Part shown: in pieces, positions 39,252 through 48,911 of the stretch
How positions within the stretch are numbered: the stretch's first letter is position 1
Layout of the letters: each line of letters starts with the position of its first letter
NCBI GenBank assembly: GCA_963762985.1
Contig: CAVXMK010000010.1
Span: 460,909-524,908, forward strand
DNA: 64,000 nt
Source: an uncultured Chloroflexia bacterium
GTDB taxonomy: Bacteria > Chloroflexota > Chloroflexia > Thermomicrobiales > UBA6265
Direction: 5' to 3'
The notes under the pieces: model-generated
Databases searched by the model: none
Seen by the model: the letters and a program-made list of their open reading frames with translations, nothing else
What the model was told of the DNA's origin: nothing
Position numbers and translations under genes: made by a program

Positions 39252-39755
39252 ATGACCCGGCGCATCGTTCCCCAGGTGATGCCGGCGGGGCTGTTGGCGG
39301 CGCTCATCTTCCTGACGGCCCTGAGCGGTGGCAACCCGCTCGCGGCGCGGGCGCAGGGAAGAGCAGATGTCGCCATCGTCGACAACGCCTTCCAGCCGCG
39401 CAGCATCCTGGTCGGGGCGGGGGACACGGTGGCTTGGACGAACGCCGGGGCCGGCCCGCACACGGTGACGGCCGACGACGGATCCGTCGACTCCGGGCCG
39501 CTGGCACCGGGAGCCAGCTTCAGCCTGCCCTTCCCCGACGCGGGCTTGTTCGCCTACCACTGCGCGATCCATCCCCAGATGATCGGAGCCGTCACCGTCA
39601 CCGCGGCTGCGAATCAGGCCGACGGCAGCGCCACTAACCGCATGCCCAGAACCGGGGTCGGTATGGCGGCCCGAAGCGCGGCCCTGCCGCTAGCGCTGGT
39701 CTTGACCGCCGCCTTGGGCTCCGTCGCTGTACTGGTGCGTGTCCGTGCCCGATAG
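39252..39755 (+). CDS. Type-1 copper cupredoxin (plastocyanin/pseudoazurin-like) with a C-terminal sortase-type sorting signal
   Basis: ATG at 39252 lies behind GGAGAGGGA. N-terminal signal sequence. Copper ligands are PHTV...YHCAIHPQM (H, C, H, M). The C-terminus is MPRTG plus the hydrophobic stretch VGMAARSAALPLALVLTAALGSVAVLV plus RVRAR. Confidence 0.8.
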   Translation: MTRRIVPQVMPAGLLAALIFLTALSGGNPLAARAQGRADVAIVDNAFQPRSILVGAGDTVAWTNAGAGPHTVTADDGSVDSGPLAPGASFSLPFPDAGLFAYHCAIHPQMIGAVTVTAAANQADGSATNRMPRTGVGMAARSAALPLALVLTAALGSVAVLVRVRAR

Positions 39756-40316
39756 CGCACGGTCTCAGGGTGCGCCATGCCGCTTACCCGACGTGCGTCA
39801 ACCAGCGCCACGGTTTCTTCCCGTCCACCGGCTCCGGCGGCGGCGCCGGCGCCGCCTCTTGCAGCACGGTCCGCTAGCGGTCGTCGAAGGCCTGCTCTGC
39901 CACGTGGCTCGCTCCCGCCGCCAGTGCCGACAGCGGCGCTGCGATGCAAACGCGCAGCGTCTTGCCTCGCCAGAGCTCGGTATTGCCGGCCAGGGCGACC
40001 GGGAGCACGCGAGTTACTGCACCGGTTCGAGGCTGGAACCGAGGCCGGAGCGAAGCGGGGCGACGCCTCAGGCGCAATCCCGCACGTGGGAAGGTCCTCG
40101 ACTCTCCGTGCGCCATCGGTGCGTCGTGCCCACGCTCATATGACGGCGTCCGATCGCGCACCCATGACGACGTCACGCGAATACCCCATTCGCCGCACGC
40201 GGCTACGACCGGGCCATCGCCAGGCTCGGTTTGGCTCAAACCGGCGATCCGCCGCTCCTGCTGCGCAGCAAAAGGCGCTCGAAGAGGCGCTGTCCCCGTC
40301 CTCTGCTTGAGGCGGG

Positions 40317-40348
40317 AGCGCCGCGCGCGCGCATCGAGGGGCAGGTCC
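40317..40348. repeat. REP type 4 copy (AGCGCCGCGCGCGCGCATCGAGGGGCAGGTCC)
   Basis: Near-identical to 47477-47508, with 3 mismatches by eye. It sits immediately downstream of the GH15 stop. Confidence 0.6.
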
Positions 40349-40352
40349 CACC

Positions 40353-42146
40353 CTAGTCTTCCTTGAAACCTTTGAACCCTTCATGCAGCGCCAAAATCGA
40401 CGACAGGAGGCCGATGTGCGAGAAGGCCTGGGGGAAGTTACCCAGCAATCGCTTGGCCTCCGGGTCGTATTCTTCGCTCAACAGGCCCACGTCGTTTTGC
40501 AAGGCGAGCAGCGCATCGAGGTTGCGCAGCGCCTCTTGTCTGCGTCCCACATGGGCGAGCGCATTGACGAGCCAAAACGAACAGATAAGGAACGCGCCCT
40601 CGCGCCCTGCGAGGCCGTCCACCCCCTCTTCCGTCGAATAGCGGGAAACAAACGGCCCTGAGGCGAGTTCGCGCTCAATAGCCGCCACCGTACCGACGAT
40701 GCGGGGATCATCATTGGCGAGGAAACCGCTGCCCGGGATGAGCAGCAGACTGGCGTCGAGCGCCTTGCCGCCGTAGTACTGGACGAACGACTGCCGGTCG
40801 GTGTCATAGCCGTGCTGGCAGATATCCTCGTGAATGTCTTCCCTCAGCCGCCGCCAGCCCTCGACGGGATACTCCCGGCCAGTCGATTCCACGAGCTTGA
40901 TCGCGCGGTCGACGGCGTACCAGGCCGAGAACTTGGAGTACGTAAAATGCTGACGCTCGCCGCGGACTTCCCAGATCCCCTCGTCAGGTTCGCGCCAGCG
41001 ACGTGCGACGGTGTCGATGATCGCGTCGAGATTGAGGCCTGGCGATTGCGAGGCGTCTTCCCGCGGCCGGACGCCCGCCTCAGCCGCGCGGTACGCCCCG
41101 GCGATGACCTCACCGTAGACATCGAGCTGAAACTGGTCGCTGGCCGCATTGCCGACCCTGACCGGACGTGATCGTTCGTATCCGGACAGCCACGGAAGCT
41201 CGAATTCGCTCAACCTCGCCTCGCCGCCGATGCCGTACATGATCTGCATTTGCGCCGGATCCCCGGCAACCGCCCGCCGCAGCCAAGCCCCCATGGCCAT
41301 CGCTTCATCCGTATAGCCGAACCGGGCGAGCGCCGCGATGGTGAACGCGCCATCTCGCAGCCAGCAGTAGCGGTAGTCCCAGTTCCGCACCCCACCGATC
41401 TCTTCGGGCAATGAGGTCGTGGCGGCCGCCACAATGCCACCGGTGGGCGCATAGGTAAGCGCCTTCAACGTCATGAGCGACCGCAGGACGGTCGCTTGAT
41501 GAGGCCCCTGATACGAACAACGTTCTGACCAGCTTCGCCACCAGGCCTCGGTCCGGGACAGCGCCGCGGCCGCGTCGGCCGGCTCGGGTTCCCCCTCGTG
41601 CGAGGGAAACCAGACTAGGCGGAACCACACCCGGTCTCCTGCCGAGACCGCGAACTCAGAGGAGATCGAGCCGTTCGTGACGTCGAGATCGACAGCGGTG
41701 CGCAGGGAGAGCGCCTCCGGTCCGGCCACGGCGATGGCGCCGCCGGGCGCCTGGCTGACGAGGGGAATGCGCTGCCCGTAGTCGAACCGAGGGTTCAGCT
41801 GCAGCCGCATCGGGACGCGCCCGCGCAGCCCTTCGACGAGGCGGATGACATCGGGACGTCCTTCCCTGGGCGGCATACAGTCGACGACGCGCACCGCACC
41901 CTCTGCTGTCTCGAAGTCCGTTTCCAGAACCAACGTCCCTGGCCGGTAACGGCGATCGACACGCGTCGTGGCGACGGCGGGAGCAATCAGCCACCGGCCG
42001 TTGTTTTCATCACCGAGGAGCGCGGCGAAACAGGCCGCTGAATCGAAGCGAGGCAAGCACAGCCAATCGATGGAGCCGTTATTGCCTACAAGGGCGACCG
42101 TCTCTGTATCGCCGACAATGGCGTAGTCTTCGATGCGGAGCGCCAT
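40353..42146 (-). CDS. Glycoside hydrolase family 15 (glucoamylase/trehalase-like)
   Basis: MALRIEDYAIVGDTETVALVGNNGSIDWLCLPRFDSAACFAALLG is the hallmark GH15 N-terminus, and the (alpha/alpha)6 region is full length. I prefer the ATG at 42146 behind GAGGAA over the TTG at 42170. Confidence 0.88.
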   Translation of the reverse strand: MALRIEDYAIVGDTETVALVGNNGSIDWLCLPRFDSAACFAALLGDENNGRWLIAPAVATTRVDRRYRPGTLVLETDFETAEGAVRVVDCMPPREGRPDVIRLVEGLRGRVPMRLQLNPRFDYGQRIPLVSQAPGGAIAVAGPEALSLRTAVDLDVTNGSISSEFAVSAGDRVWFRLVWFPSHEGEPEPADAAAALSRTEAWWRSWSERCSYQGPHQATVLRSLMTLKALTYAPTGGIVAAATTSLPEEIGGVRNWDYRYCWLRDGAFTIAALARFGYTDEAMAMGAWLRRAVAGDPAQMQIMYGIGGEARLSEFELPWLSGYERSRPVRVGNAASDQFQLDVYGEVIAGAYRAAEAGVRPREDASQSPGLNLDAIIDTVARRWREPDEGIWEVRGERQHFTYSKFSAWYAVDRAIKLVESTGREYPVEGWRRLREDIHEDICQHGYDTDRQSFVQYYGGKALDASLLLIPGSGFLANDDPRIVGTVAAIERELASGPFVSRYSTEEGVDGLAGREGAFLICSFWLVNALAHVGRRQEALRNLDALLALQNDVGLLSEEYDPEAKRLLGNFPQAFSHIGLLSSILALHEGFKGFKED

Positions 42147-42416
42147 CTCGTTCCTCATTGCCGATGCCAACCAACGACGCCATGTCTCGATTCGAGGAGG
42201 TCACTACCCGCACCAGGCAAAGTCGATGTCCGGTGTTGTCACCTCATCGCTCTAGACTGCGGTTCAGGGAAGTGTCGCCATGGGCGGGACTCTGTGCAAC
42301 CCTGGCATGCCTTCAGGGTACCAGCTGCAACCGGTATCTGACGGTGCCGCGCATTCAGGGGGTGGTAACCAGGCTCTCCTAGCAAGGCTGGCGGCCGAAG
42401 CAACACCCGGCACTGG

Positions 42417-42438
42417 AGGTGCGACGTAGGTGCGACGA
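42417..42438. repeat. Tandem 11-mer AGGTGCGACGT/AGGTGCGACGA
   Basis: Direct duplication inside the 600-bp gene-less region 42171-42766. Confidence 0.5.
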
Positions 42439-42766
42439 GTTGGCTGGACTTCCGTCTGCGCAGCAACAACGTCCCGCGCCCGCCGCTTCATAATTGCGCT
42501 AGCGTGTCCTTAAGAAGTCGGCGGTTCGGCTATCCGGGCATGACGCGTGACCTCTGGGGGCAATCAAGCCTCGCGTCCGTGGTCCTGAGCACCATCTCAC
42601 ACGGCCGAGATCCGTACCGACGCAACCGCGCTGCTGCCGTCACCAACGCTTGGGACTCGCCAACACCCGCGCCCACCCGGGGCCACCTCACCGGCCGCTG
42701 CGACCCACTTGAACCCGCCGTACCGTGCACTCCGGCCCGTGATCGCCTTCTGGCGAGGAGGATCCC

Positions 42767-43027
42767 ATGACTTCACCACCCCGCACCGACCGCGACGACC
42801 TGCTCCGCACCGTCGCCGACATCGCCGGCCACATCGGCGCCCACGAGCGGACCCTCCGCGGCTGGATCCACACCGGCGAACTCATAGCCAGCAAGTTCGG
42901 CACGCGCATCGGCTGGCGCGTCCGCCGCGCCGACTTCGACGAGTTCCTCCGCAGCCGGCAGCTCACCGGCGCCATCGCCCGCCAACTCCTCTTCCCCGGC
43001 GCCAACGAGCCGAATTCCGCTACCTGA
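42767..43027 (+). CDS. Excisionase-family helix-turn-helix DNA-binding protein
   Basis: 86 aa. LLRTVADIAGHIGAHERTLRGWIHTGELIASKFGTRIGWRVRRADFDEFL matches the excisionase/MerR-like HTH pattern. GAGGAGGA is upstream. Confidence 0.7.
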   Translation: MTSPPRTDRDDLLRTVADIAGHIGAHERTLRGWIHTGELIASKFGTRIGWRVRRADFDEFLRSRQLTGAIARQLLFPGANEPNSAT

Positions 43028-43242
43028 GACGCTGCCGCTCGCCGGTCCAGTGGGACCCGTATTTGCTTGGCGGCGTCTCAGGCGACCCAGTTCTCCGCGC
43101 GCCGCGTCCACCCCCCGTCAGAATATCCTTGACACATATTTGCCCTCGGCAGTGGCAGCACCTGGTCCCGCGTGCCCACCGCGTATACTGCGCCCCCTTG
43201 TTAACGAGGCCGCTGGCCTGGGGATGAGGAAGGAGGCGGGCG

Positions 43243-44260
43243 ATGGATCACGATGCTCCGCGGCCGGCACTGGCGCTGCGGCGCCTGGTCAACGGCTACC
43301 AGGTCACGCAAGCCCTCCACGTCGCCGCCGTGCTCGGCATCGCCGACCTCCTGGCCGATGGCCCGCGCTCCAGCGACGACCTCGCCGCGGCCACCGAGAC
43401 CCATCCCGGCGCGCTGTATCGGCTGTTGCGCGCCCTCGCCGGCGTCGGTGTCTTTCGGGAGGAGGAGGATCGCCGCTTTGCCCTCGCCGAGCTCGGCGCC
43501 TGCCTGCGCTCCGACGCGCCGGAGCCGGTCGGCGGGTGGGCGGCCTTCGTCGGCGAGCCGTACCAGTGGCAGGCGTGGGGCGCCCTGCTGCACAGCGTGC
43601 GCACCGGCGCGAACGCCTTCCGCCACGTCCACGGCATCGACTCCTGGAGCTTCCGGGCCCGCCACCCGGAGCTGAGCGCCAGCTTCGATCGCGCGATGAC
43701 CTCCCTGTCGCGGCAGGTGGTGTCCGCGGTCCTGGAGACCTACGACTTCGGCCGCTTCGGGCACCTCGTCGACGTCGGCGGGGGGAACGGGGCAGTCCTG
43801 GCCGCCATCCTCGCCAAATACCCGGGGGCGCACGGCGTCCTCTTCGACCAGCCGCACGTCGTCAGCGGAGCGGGGCCGATCCTGGCGGCGGCGGGCGTGG
43901 CGGACCGCTGCCAGGTCGTCGGCGGGAGCTTCTTCGAGACTGTCCCGGCGGGGGGCGACGCCTATATCCTCAAAGCAATCCTCCATGACTGGGAGGACGA
44001 CCCGTGCGTCCAGATCCTGCAGACCTGCCGCCAGGCGATGGCCGAGGGAACGGCGCTGCTGGTCATCGAGCGCGAGCTTGGTCGGCCCAATCAGGACCCC
44101 GACCCCAAGTTCTCCGACCTCAACATGCTGGTCTGGTCCCATGGGCCAGGAGCGGACCCCGGCCGAGTACGCTGCCCTCTTCGCCAAGGGCGGGTTCCGG
44201 TTCGTCGGCGTCACCCCGAGCGCGGTAGGAACGGGCGTCCACGAAGGGGTTGCCGCCTGA
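43243..44260 (+). pseudogene. Class I SAM-dependent O-methyltransferase (COMT/Methyltransf_2 family), +1 frameshift near 44139
   Basis: N-terminal dimerisation/winged-helix part (LHVAAVLGIADLLADGPRS...LYRLLRAL) and SAM motif LVDVGGGNGAVL...DAYILKAILHDW. After DLNMLVWS the tail MGQERTPAEYAALFAKGGFRFVGVTPSAVGTGVHEGVAA* is in the next frame (ORF 43985-44260). Confidence 0.8.
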
Positions 44261-44814
44261 TCAGCGGCTCGGGGTACGTCCGAGACGTGGCAAGCAGCGG
44301 AGCCATCACGGCCTTTGCCCCAGCGCTCCGCTCGCCCGCCAGCTCCTCTCCCTCGGCGCCCACGAGCCGGACCCGCCACCTGAGCTGCTGACAGTCGTTC
44401 CCCTGGCGGGTTTGTTTCTTCCTCTCGTGCCCAGGCGCTCGGCGGCCTGGTCCCCCGCCCATTTTTCTAAGGTCCTGTTCATCACCTTTGGCGCCACGCC
44501 GGAAGACGTGGGTGGCCCGCGGGGCCATCGGCGCAGGCTCGGTCGCCCCTGCTCGGCATAGAGCTCCCGCGTCCACGCGCGGACGAACCCGTTACGCTAC
44601 AATCTCCCACCCGTACCGTAGAATCGGATAGTGAAGAGAATTGGGACTCAACCGGCTACTCCTCTCGTCGGCGCTCGTCGTAGTGTCCTGGTCGGCTCCA
44701 CGTGAGGGATGAGGCCGAAAGAACCGATTGACGGCGCGGATCGACGCCGGAAACCGCCACCCCCAACGCCGGCGCCGATCGAAACAGCCACGGGGCAGGA
44801 AAGGTACACACGAG

Positions 44815-46344
44815 ATGCCCAGCAACCCACTTCCATCCGCGGTGACCGAAGGCCAGGCCGCCACCGCCGAAAGCCGCGAATCCCTGCGCGGCCGAGGGAC
44901 CGCTGCCGCGGTCATTTCTTCGTTCGTCTTCCCGCTGGTCTTGACCCAGTTCATCGCGAGCTACGCCGGCTCGAACATGAACGTGGCGATTACCAGCATC
45001 GCCGCGGACCTGGGCACCACCACCCACGGCGTGCAGACGGCGATCACCCTCTTTACCTTGACGATGGCCGCGCTGATGATCCCCGGCAGCAAGCTGTCGG
45101 ACATCCTCGGCCGCAAGCGCTGCTTCATGCTGGGTCTGGTGATCTACGGGGGCGGGGCCCTGCTGGCGTCATTCGCGCAAAGTCTCGGTGTGCTGATCGT
45201 CGGCTACTCCCTGCTGGAGGGGATCGGGTCGGCGCTGATGATTCCGCCGATCTACATCATCCTCACGGTCGCATTCGCCGATCTGGAATCGCGCGCCAAG
45301 GCGTTCGGCCTGGTGAGCGCCGCGGCCGGACTTGGGTCCGCGGCCGGCCCGTTGATTGGAGGTCTCATCACGAGCTACATCAGCTGGCGGGCTTCGTTCA
45401 TTGCCCAGGTCCTTGTGGTGCTCGCGATCCTCCTCATGGGGCGGAAGTTTGCCGGCGCGAAGGGCACGAAGACGGGGTTCGATATCGTGGGGGCCGTGCT
45501 GTCGGCCGTCGGTCTCGTCTTCGTGGTGTTGGGCATCCTTCAGTCCGGAGACTATGGCTGGTTGCGAGCAAAAAAGGACTTCGTGATCGGCGACACAGTC
45601 CTGATCAGCGAAGGCGGCATCTCCCCGGTGTGGCCGCTGGTCGGGATCGGGGCAATCTTCCTGGTCTGGTTCTTCGCTCACATTCGGGCCAAGGAGCGAC
45701 GCGGCGAAGAACCGCTGCTCTCCACCAGGCTCTTCCGCAATCGAACGTCGAATCTGGGGCTGGTGACCCAGAACATGCAGTGGCTCATCCTGCAGGGCAG
45801 CTTCTTCGTGATCTCGGTCTTTCTGCAAACGGTCCGCGGCTACAGCGCGATCGAGACCGGGCTCATTCTTACCGCCTCGACGGTCGGCATCCTTCTCTCG
45901 TCCGCCGTCGCGGGAAGGCTGGCCGAACGGCGGCCGCAGGTCGTGCTCGTGCGAGCGGGTTTTGCCACGACGATCGCTGGAGCCGTTCTGCTCCTCTTGA
46001 TCGCCGATGCCACGTCGCCAATCTGGACGTTTCTGCCCGGTCTGTTCTTGATGGGGCTCGGCGTCGGTGTGATGTTGACGTCATCGGTCAACATCGTGCA
46101 GTCGAGTTTCCCCGAGCAGGATCAGGGCGAGATCTCGGGGCTGTCGCGCAGTGTCTCGAACCTCGGCTCATCACTCGGTACAGCGTTGGTCGGCTCGGTG
46201 CTGGTCTCGACGTTGTTTGGTGACAATCCCAATGCGGCCTACCTGGCCGCTATGATCGTCATGGTGGGCTTCGGTGTGGTGGGCCTGGTCGCGGCGCTGC
46301 TCATTCCACGAGGGACAGCGCCAGGAGCGTCTGCATCGGCTTGA
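44815..46344 (+). CDS. MFS transporter, DHA2 (EmrB/QacA-like, 14 TMS)
   Basis: ATG at 44815. LSDILGRKR, LLEGIGSALMIP and many hydrophobic helices. About 509 aa. Confidence 0.85.
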   Translation: MPSNPLPSAVTEGQAATAESRESLRGRGTAAAVISSFVFPLVLTQFIASYAGSNMNVAITSIAADLGTTTHGVQTAITLFTLTMAALMIPGSKLSDILGRKRCFMLGLVIYGGGALLASFAQSLGVLIVGYSLLEGIGSALMIPPIYIILTVAFADLESRAKAFGLVSAAAGLGSAAGPLIGGLITSYISWRASFIAQVLVVLAILLMGRKFAGAKGTKTGFDIVGAVLSAVGLVFVVLGILQSGDYGWLRAKKDFVIGDTVLISEGGISPVWPLVGIGAIFLVWFFAHIRAKERRGEEPLLSTRLFRNRTSNLGLVTQNMQWLILQGSFFVISVFLQTVRGYSAIETGLILTASTVGILLSSAVAGRLAERRPQVVLVRAGFATTIAGAVLLLLIADATSPIWTFLPGLFLMGLGVGVMLTSSVNIVQSSFPEQDQGEISGLSRSVSNLGSSLGTALVGSVLVSTLFGDNPNAAYLAAMIVMVGFGVVGLVAALLIPRGTAPGASASA

Positions 46345-46398
46345 CCATCGGCCGCCGCGGTCCTCGAGCAAAGAGACCGGCCAGCGAATCGAGGTGAG

Positions 46399-46779
46399 GT
46401 GGAACCAATTGGCCGGCGCCCTCTCGTGCACGTTTGCGCACGCGGCATCGTGCCCACAGGGCTGGTCACGATGACCGGCGGGCTCTGCGTCCGCTTCGTC
46501 CGTGCCTCGCTCGCCCTCCCGGCCGTCGAGGTCGCCGCCGACGGGGCAGACGGGGCGTTCGCCGCGGAGGTGGCCTATCCGCAGACCTCGGTATACGAGA
46601 TCGTCCCGGTCGGAACCTACGGCTTCCGGCACCCTGGCCGACCTCGCGGACGTCGTCTGACGGTGCCCGGCGTTGTCTTTTAGGACGACCGGGACTACGA
46701 ACTCGTCCTCATGGGGCAGCCGGGCGACGAGGTCCACCCGCTCGAGTTGCGACCGCTGTCGGACAAGACGCGGGAGTAG
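46399..46779 (+). pseudogene. DUF4397-like domain remnant with an in-frame TAG (46681-46683)
   Basis: LCVRFVRASLALPAVEVAADGADGAFAAEVAYPQTSVYEIVPVGTYGF resembles DUF4397 (R.vHaspdaP.VDv..dG...v.y...s.Y..vpaG.Y). After the TAG the same frame continues DDRDYELVLMGQPGDEVHPLELRPLSD. No signal peptide or credible start. Confidence 0.35.
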
Positions 46780-46977
46780 CCGACCCCGGCTCCCTACCGC
46801 GCCCCTCGGCCCGGCCCTGAGCGCGCGAATGGCCAGCGCGTGGGCGACGGCGGGTGCGGCATGGGACGACGAGGTCCGACGGGGACGGCGCTATCCTTCA
46901 AGGAGTTGCGCACGCGGAATGGACCCGGCCATTCTCAGGGCAAGCCGTCAGCACGACGGACGAAAGGAGTTGAGGCC

Positions 46978-47469
46978 ATGAGCACGCTTGCGGTGATCGC
47001 GTATCCGGACCAGGGCACGGCCGCCGAGGCCGCCGCCGCCTTACGGCGGATGCAGAAGGAGCTCCTGATCTCGCTGGAGGACGTCGCCTGGGTGACCAAG
47101 TCCCCGGACGGCAAGCTGAAGCTGCACCAGGGCGTGGGCCTGACCGGCGCCGGCGCCGCCGGCGGCGCGCTGTGGGGCTTTTTGTTCGGCCTCATCTTCC
47201 TCGTGCCGCTGTTCGGCATGGCCGTGGGGGCGGCGACGGGCGCGCTGGCCGGGCACTTCGCCGACTACGGCATCGACGACAAGTGGATCAAGGAGGTGGC
47301 CGGCGCCATTCCGCCGGGCGGCTCGGCGCTGTTCGTCATGGCGCGCGACGCCAACCAGGAGCGGGTGCTGCCGGAGATGGCCACGTTCGGCGGCACCGTG
47401 ATCCGCACCAACCTCACGGTCGAGCAGCAGCAGGCGCTGGAGAACGCGCTGTCCCAGCCCGCTGCCTGA
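46978..47469 (+). CDS. DUF1269-family membrane protein
   Basis: ATG behind AAGGAG. MSTLAVIAYPDQGTAAEAAAALRRMQKELLISLEDVAWVTKSPDGKLKL...GFLFGLIFLVPLFGMAVGAATGALAG...GSALFVM is typical of COG4803/DUF1269. Confidence 0.75.
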   Translation: MSTLAVIAYPDQGTAAEAAAALRRMQKELLISLEDVAWVTKSPDGKLKLHQGVGLTGAGAAGGALWGFLFGLIFLVPLFGMAVGAATGALAGHFADYGIDDKWIKEVAGAIPPGGSALFVMARDANQERVLPEMATFGGTVIRTNLTVEQQQALENALSQPAA

Positions 47470-47476
47470 GAGCGGC

Positions 47477-47531
47477 AGCGCCGCGCGCACGCATCGAGGG
47501 GCGGGTCCAGCGCATCCGCGCCCGCCCCTCG
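47477..47531 (+). terminator. REP type 4 copy forming a hairpin CGAGGGGCGGG-N15-CCCGCCCCTCG just after DUF1269
   Basis: 11-bp perfect stem at 47495-47505 / 47521-47531. The first 32 nt repeat 40317-40348. Confidence 0.5.
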
Positions 47532-48112
47532 CCCGTAACCCACCAGCAACGGCTGTTATCCTCCGTGGAGTTGCGGATGTTGGCGTGGCGCCGGTGGTGG
47601 TGGCGAATGCGGGGCGGGTGAGTCGGCGGTCGCCGGGTGAAACGGGCCAACCTCGGGTCGGTCGCCATCGTGCTCATCGCGGTTGGGGGGCGTGATCGTG
47701 GCGCTCCGGGCGAAGCCGGCGATCCAGGCCAAGCCGCAGTCCTTGCGGACCCACCCTCGGCGGGCGCCACGGTTCGTCGACCGTTACCGTGCGCCCGTGC
47801 CGTGGACTCCCTGGCACGCGAAGAAACCACGCCCGGGAATGCAGATGACGAGCGCCGTCATCCTTCACCCAGGCCGCGCACGGCCAGGCGCACGAGGGAG
47901 ACACCCGCGTGTGCGCCCTGCATCGGCACGGCGGAGCGGCAGCGAGGGCGCGAGCGAGCCGGACGACTTCGTGTGTTTCCCGGCGTTAGGCGCGCCCGTG
48001 GCCTTGCCCGGTTGCGTATGATGCCGCGCGGTCGCGTTGGCCGCGGCCGGTCCCCAGGAAAGGAGATCGCCATGGCACGGCGCGTGCTAGCGCCTGACGC
48101 CTGAAGACTCTT

Positions 48113-48911
48113 TCAGTTCCGCTCCACCCGCTCCCCCACCATCGCCCCCGTCATGATCGCCACCGCGTCCTGCATGCTGAAGTTGCGCGGCTCGATGATG
48201 GCAACGCGCCGGCCCAACCGCTGGATGTGGACGCGGTCGGCGACCTCGAAGACCTGGGGCATGTTGTGGCTGATGAGGATGACCGGCAAGCCCCGGTCCC
48301 GCACCTGGCGGATGAGATCCAGCACCATGTGTGATTCCTTGACCCCGAGCGCCGCCGTCGGCTCGTCCATGATGACGACGTGTTGCGCGAACGCGGCGCT
48401 GCGGGCGACCGCGACCCCCTGCCGCTGGCCGCCGGAGAGCGTCTCCACCGCTTGGCTCATGGAGCGAATCCCGATCTTCAGATCCTGCATGTGAGCGTTC
48501 GCCTCCACCCGCATGCGTCGCTTGTCGAGCATGCGGAAGAGCGATCCCAGTGCGCCCTCGCGGCGAATCTCGCGCCCGAGAAAGATGTTCTCCGAAATGT
48601 CGAGCGCCGGGGCCAGCGCCAGGTCCTGGTAGACCGTCTCTATACCGTGCCGCCGCGCGTCGAGTGGTCCTCGGAAATGGACCTGATTGCCGTCGACGAA
48701 AATCTCGCCTTCGTCCGGAATCAGCGCCCCTGACAGCGCCTTGATCAGCGTCGATTTCCCCGCGCCGTTGTCGCCGATGACGGCCAGGATCTCGCCGGGA
48801 TAGAGCTCGAAATCCGCGCCATCGAGCGCCGTCACGTGGCCGTACCGTTTGACCAGACCCCGCGCCTCGATGACGGGAATCGGCTGGTCTGGGTAGATCA
48901 GTGACGGTCAT
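48113..48911 (-). pseudogene. Sugar ABC transporter ATP-binding protein, +1 frameshift near 48893 just after the start
   Basis: The core ORF 48113-48835 has GDNGAGKST (Walker A), LSGGQRQ and IMDEPTAAL. The in-frame upstream residues PDQPIPVIEARGLVKRYGHV have no start codon. The ATG at 48911 overlaps the permease stop (ATGA), gives MTVTDL, and rejoins the core after one extra base. Confidence 0.8.

Noticed and set aside
42255-42310. Cobalamin-riboswitch-like string GGTTCAGGGAAGTGTCGCCATGGGCGGGACTCTGT
   Set aside because: It lacks the B12 box (GCCACTG) and the conserved GGTG..A.TCC core. There is also no downstream gene in the right orientation.
42190-42470. Possible RNase P RNA on the minus strand (GACGGAAGTCCAGCC, TTGCACAGAGTCCCGCCCATGGC, GACAACACCGGAC)
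   Set aside because: The strings only loosely resemble the P4 and J11/12 consensus (GAGGAAAGUCCGGGC, CAGUGCAACAGAGAGCAAACCGCC, ACAGAACCCGGCUUA). The universally conserved GGGUGCC and GGUAAGGGUGAAAGGGUG elements are absent, the P4 pairing is poor, and the span is too short. A covariance-model scan would settle it.
43201-44379. 392-aa minus-strand ORF
   Set aside because: It is antisense to the O-methyltransferase, which has clear SAM-binding motifs.
44530-44600. Possible IS remnant (minus-strand GFVRAWTRELYAEQGRPS, reminiscent of the GRPS motif of DUF772 transposase N-termini)
   Set aside because: The match is about 18 residues only, and no continuation in any frame resembles a transposase. 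That is too little to call.
48087-48911. 274-aa ORF taken at face value as the ABC ATPase gene
   Set aside because: Only its first ~6 codons (MTVTDL) belong to the gene. The rest is the wrong frame (Arg/Gly-rich). The Walker A/B and signature motifs are in the frame of ORF 48113-48835.
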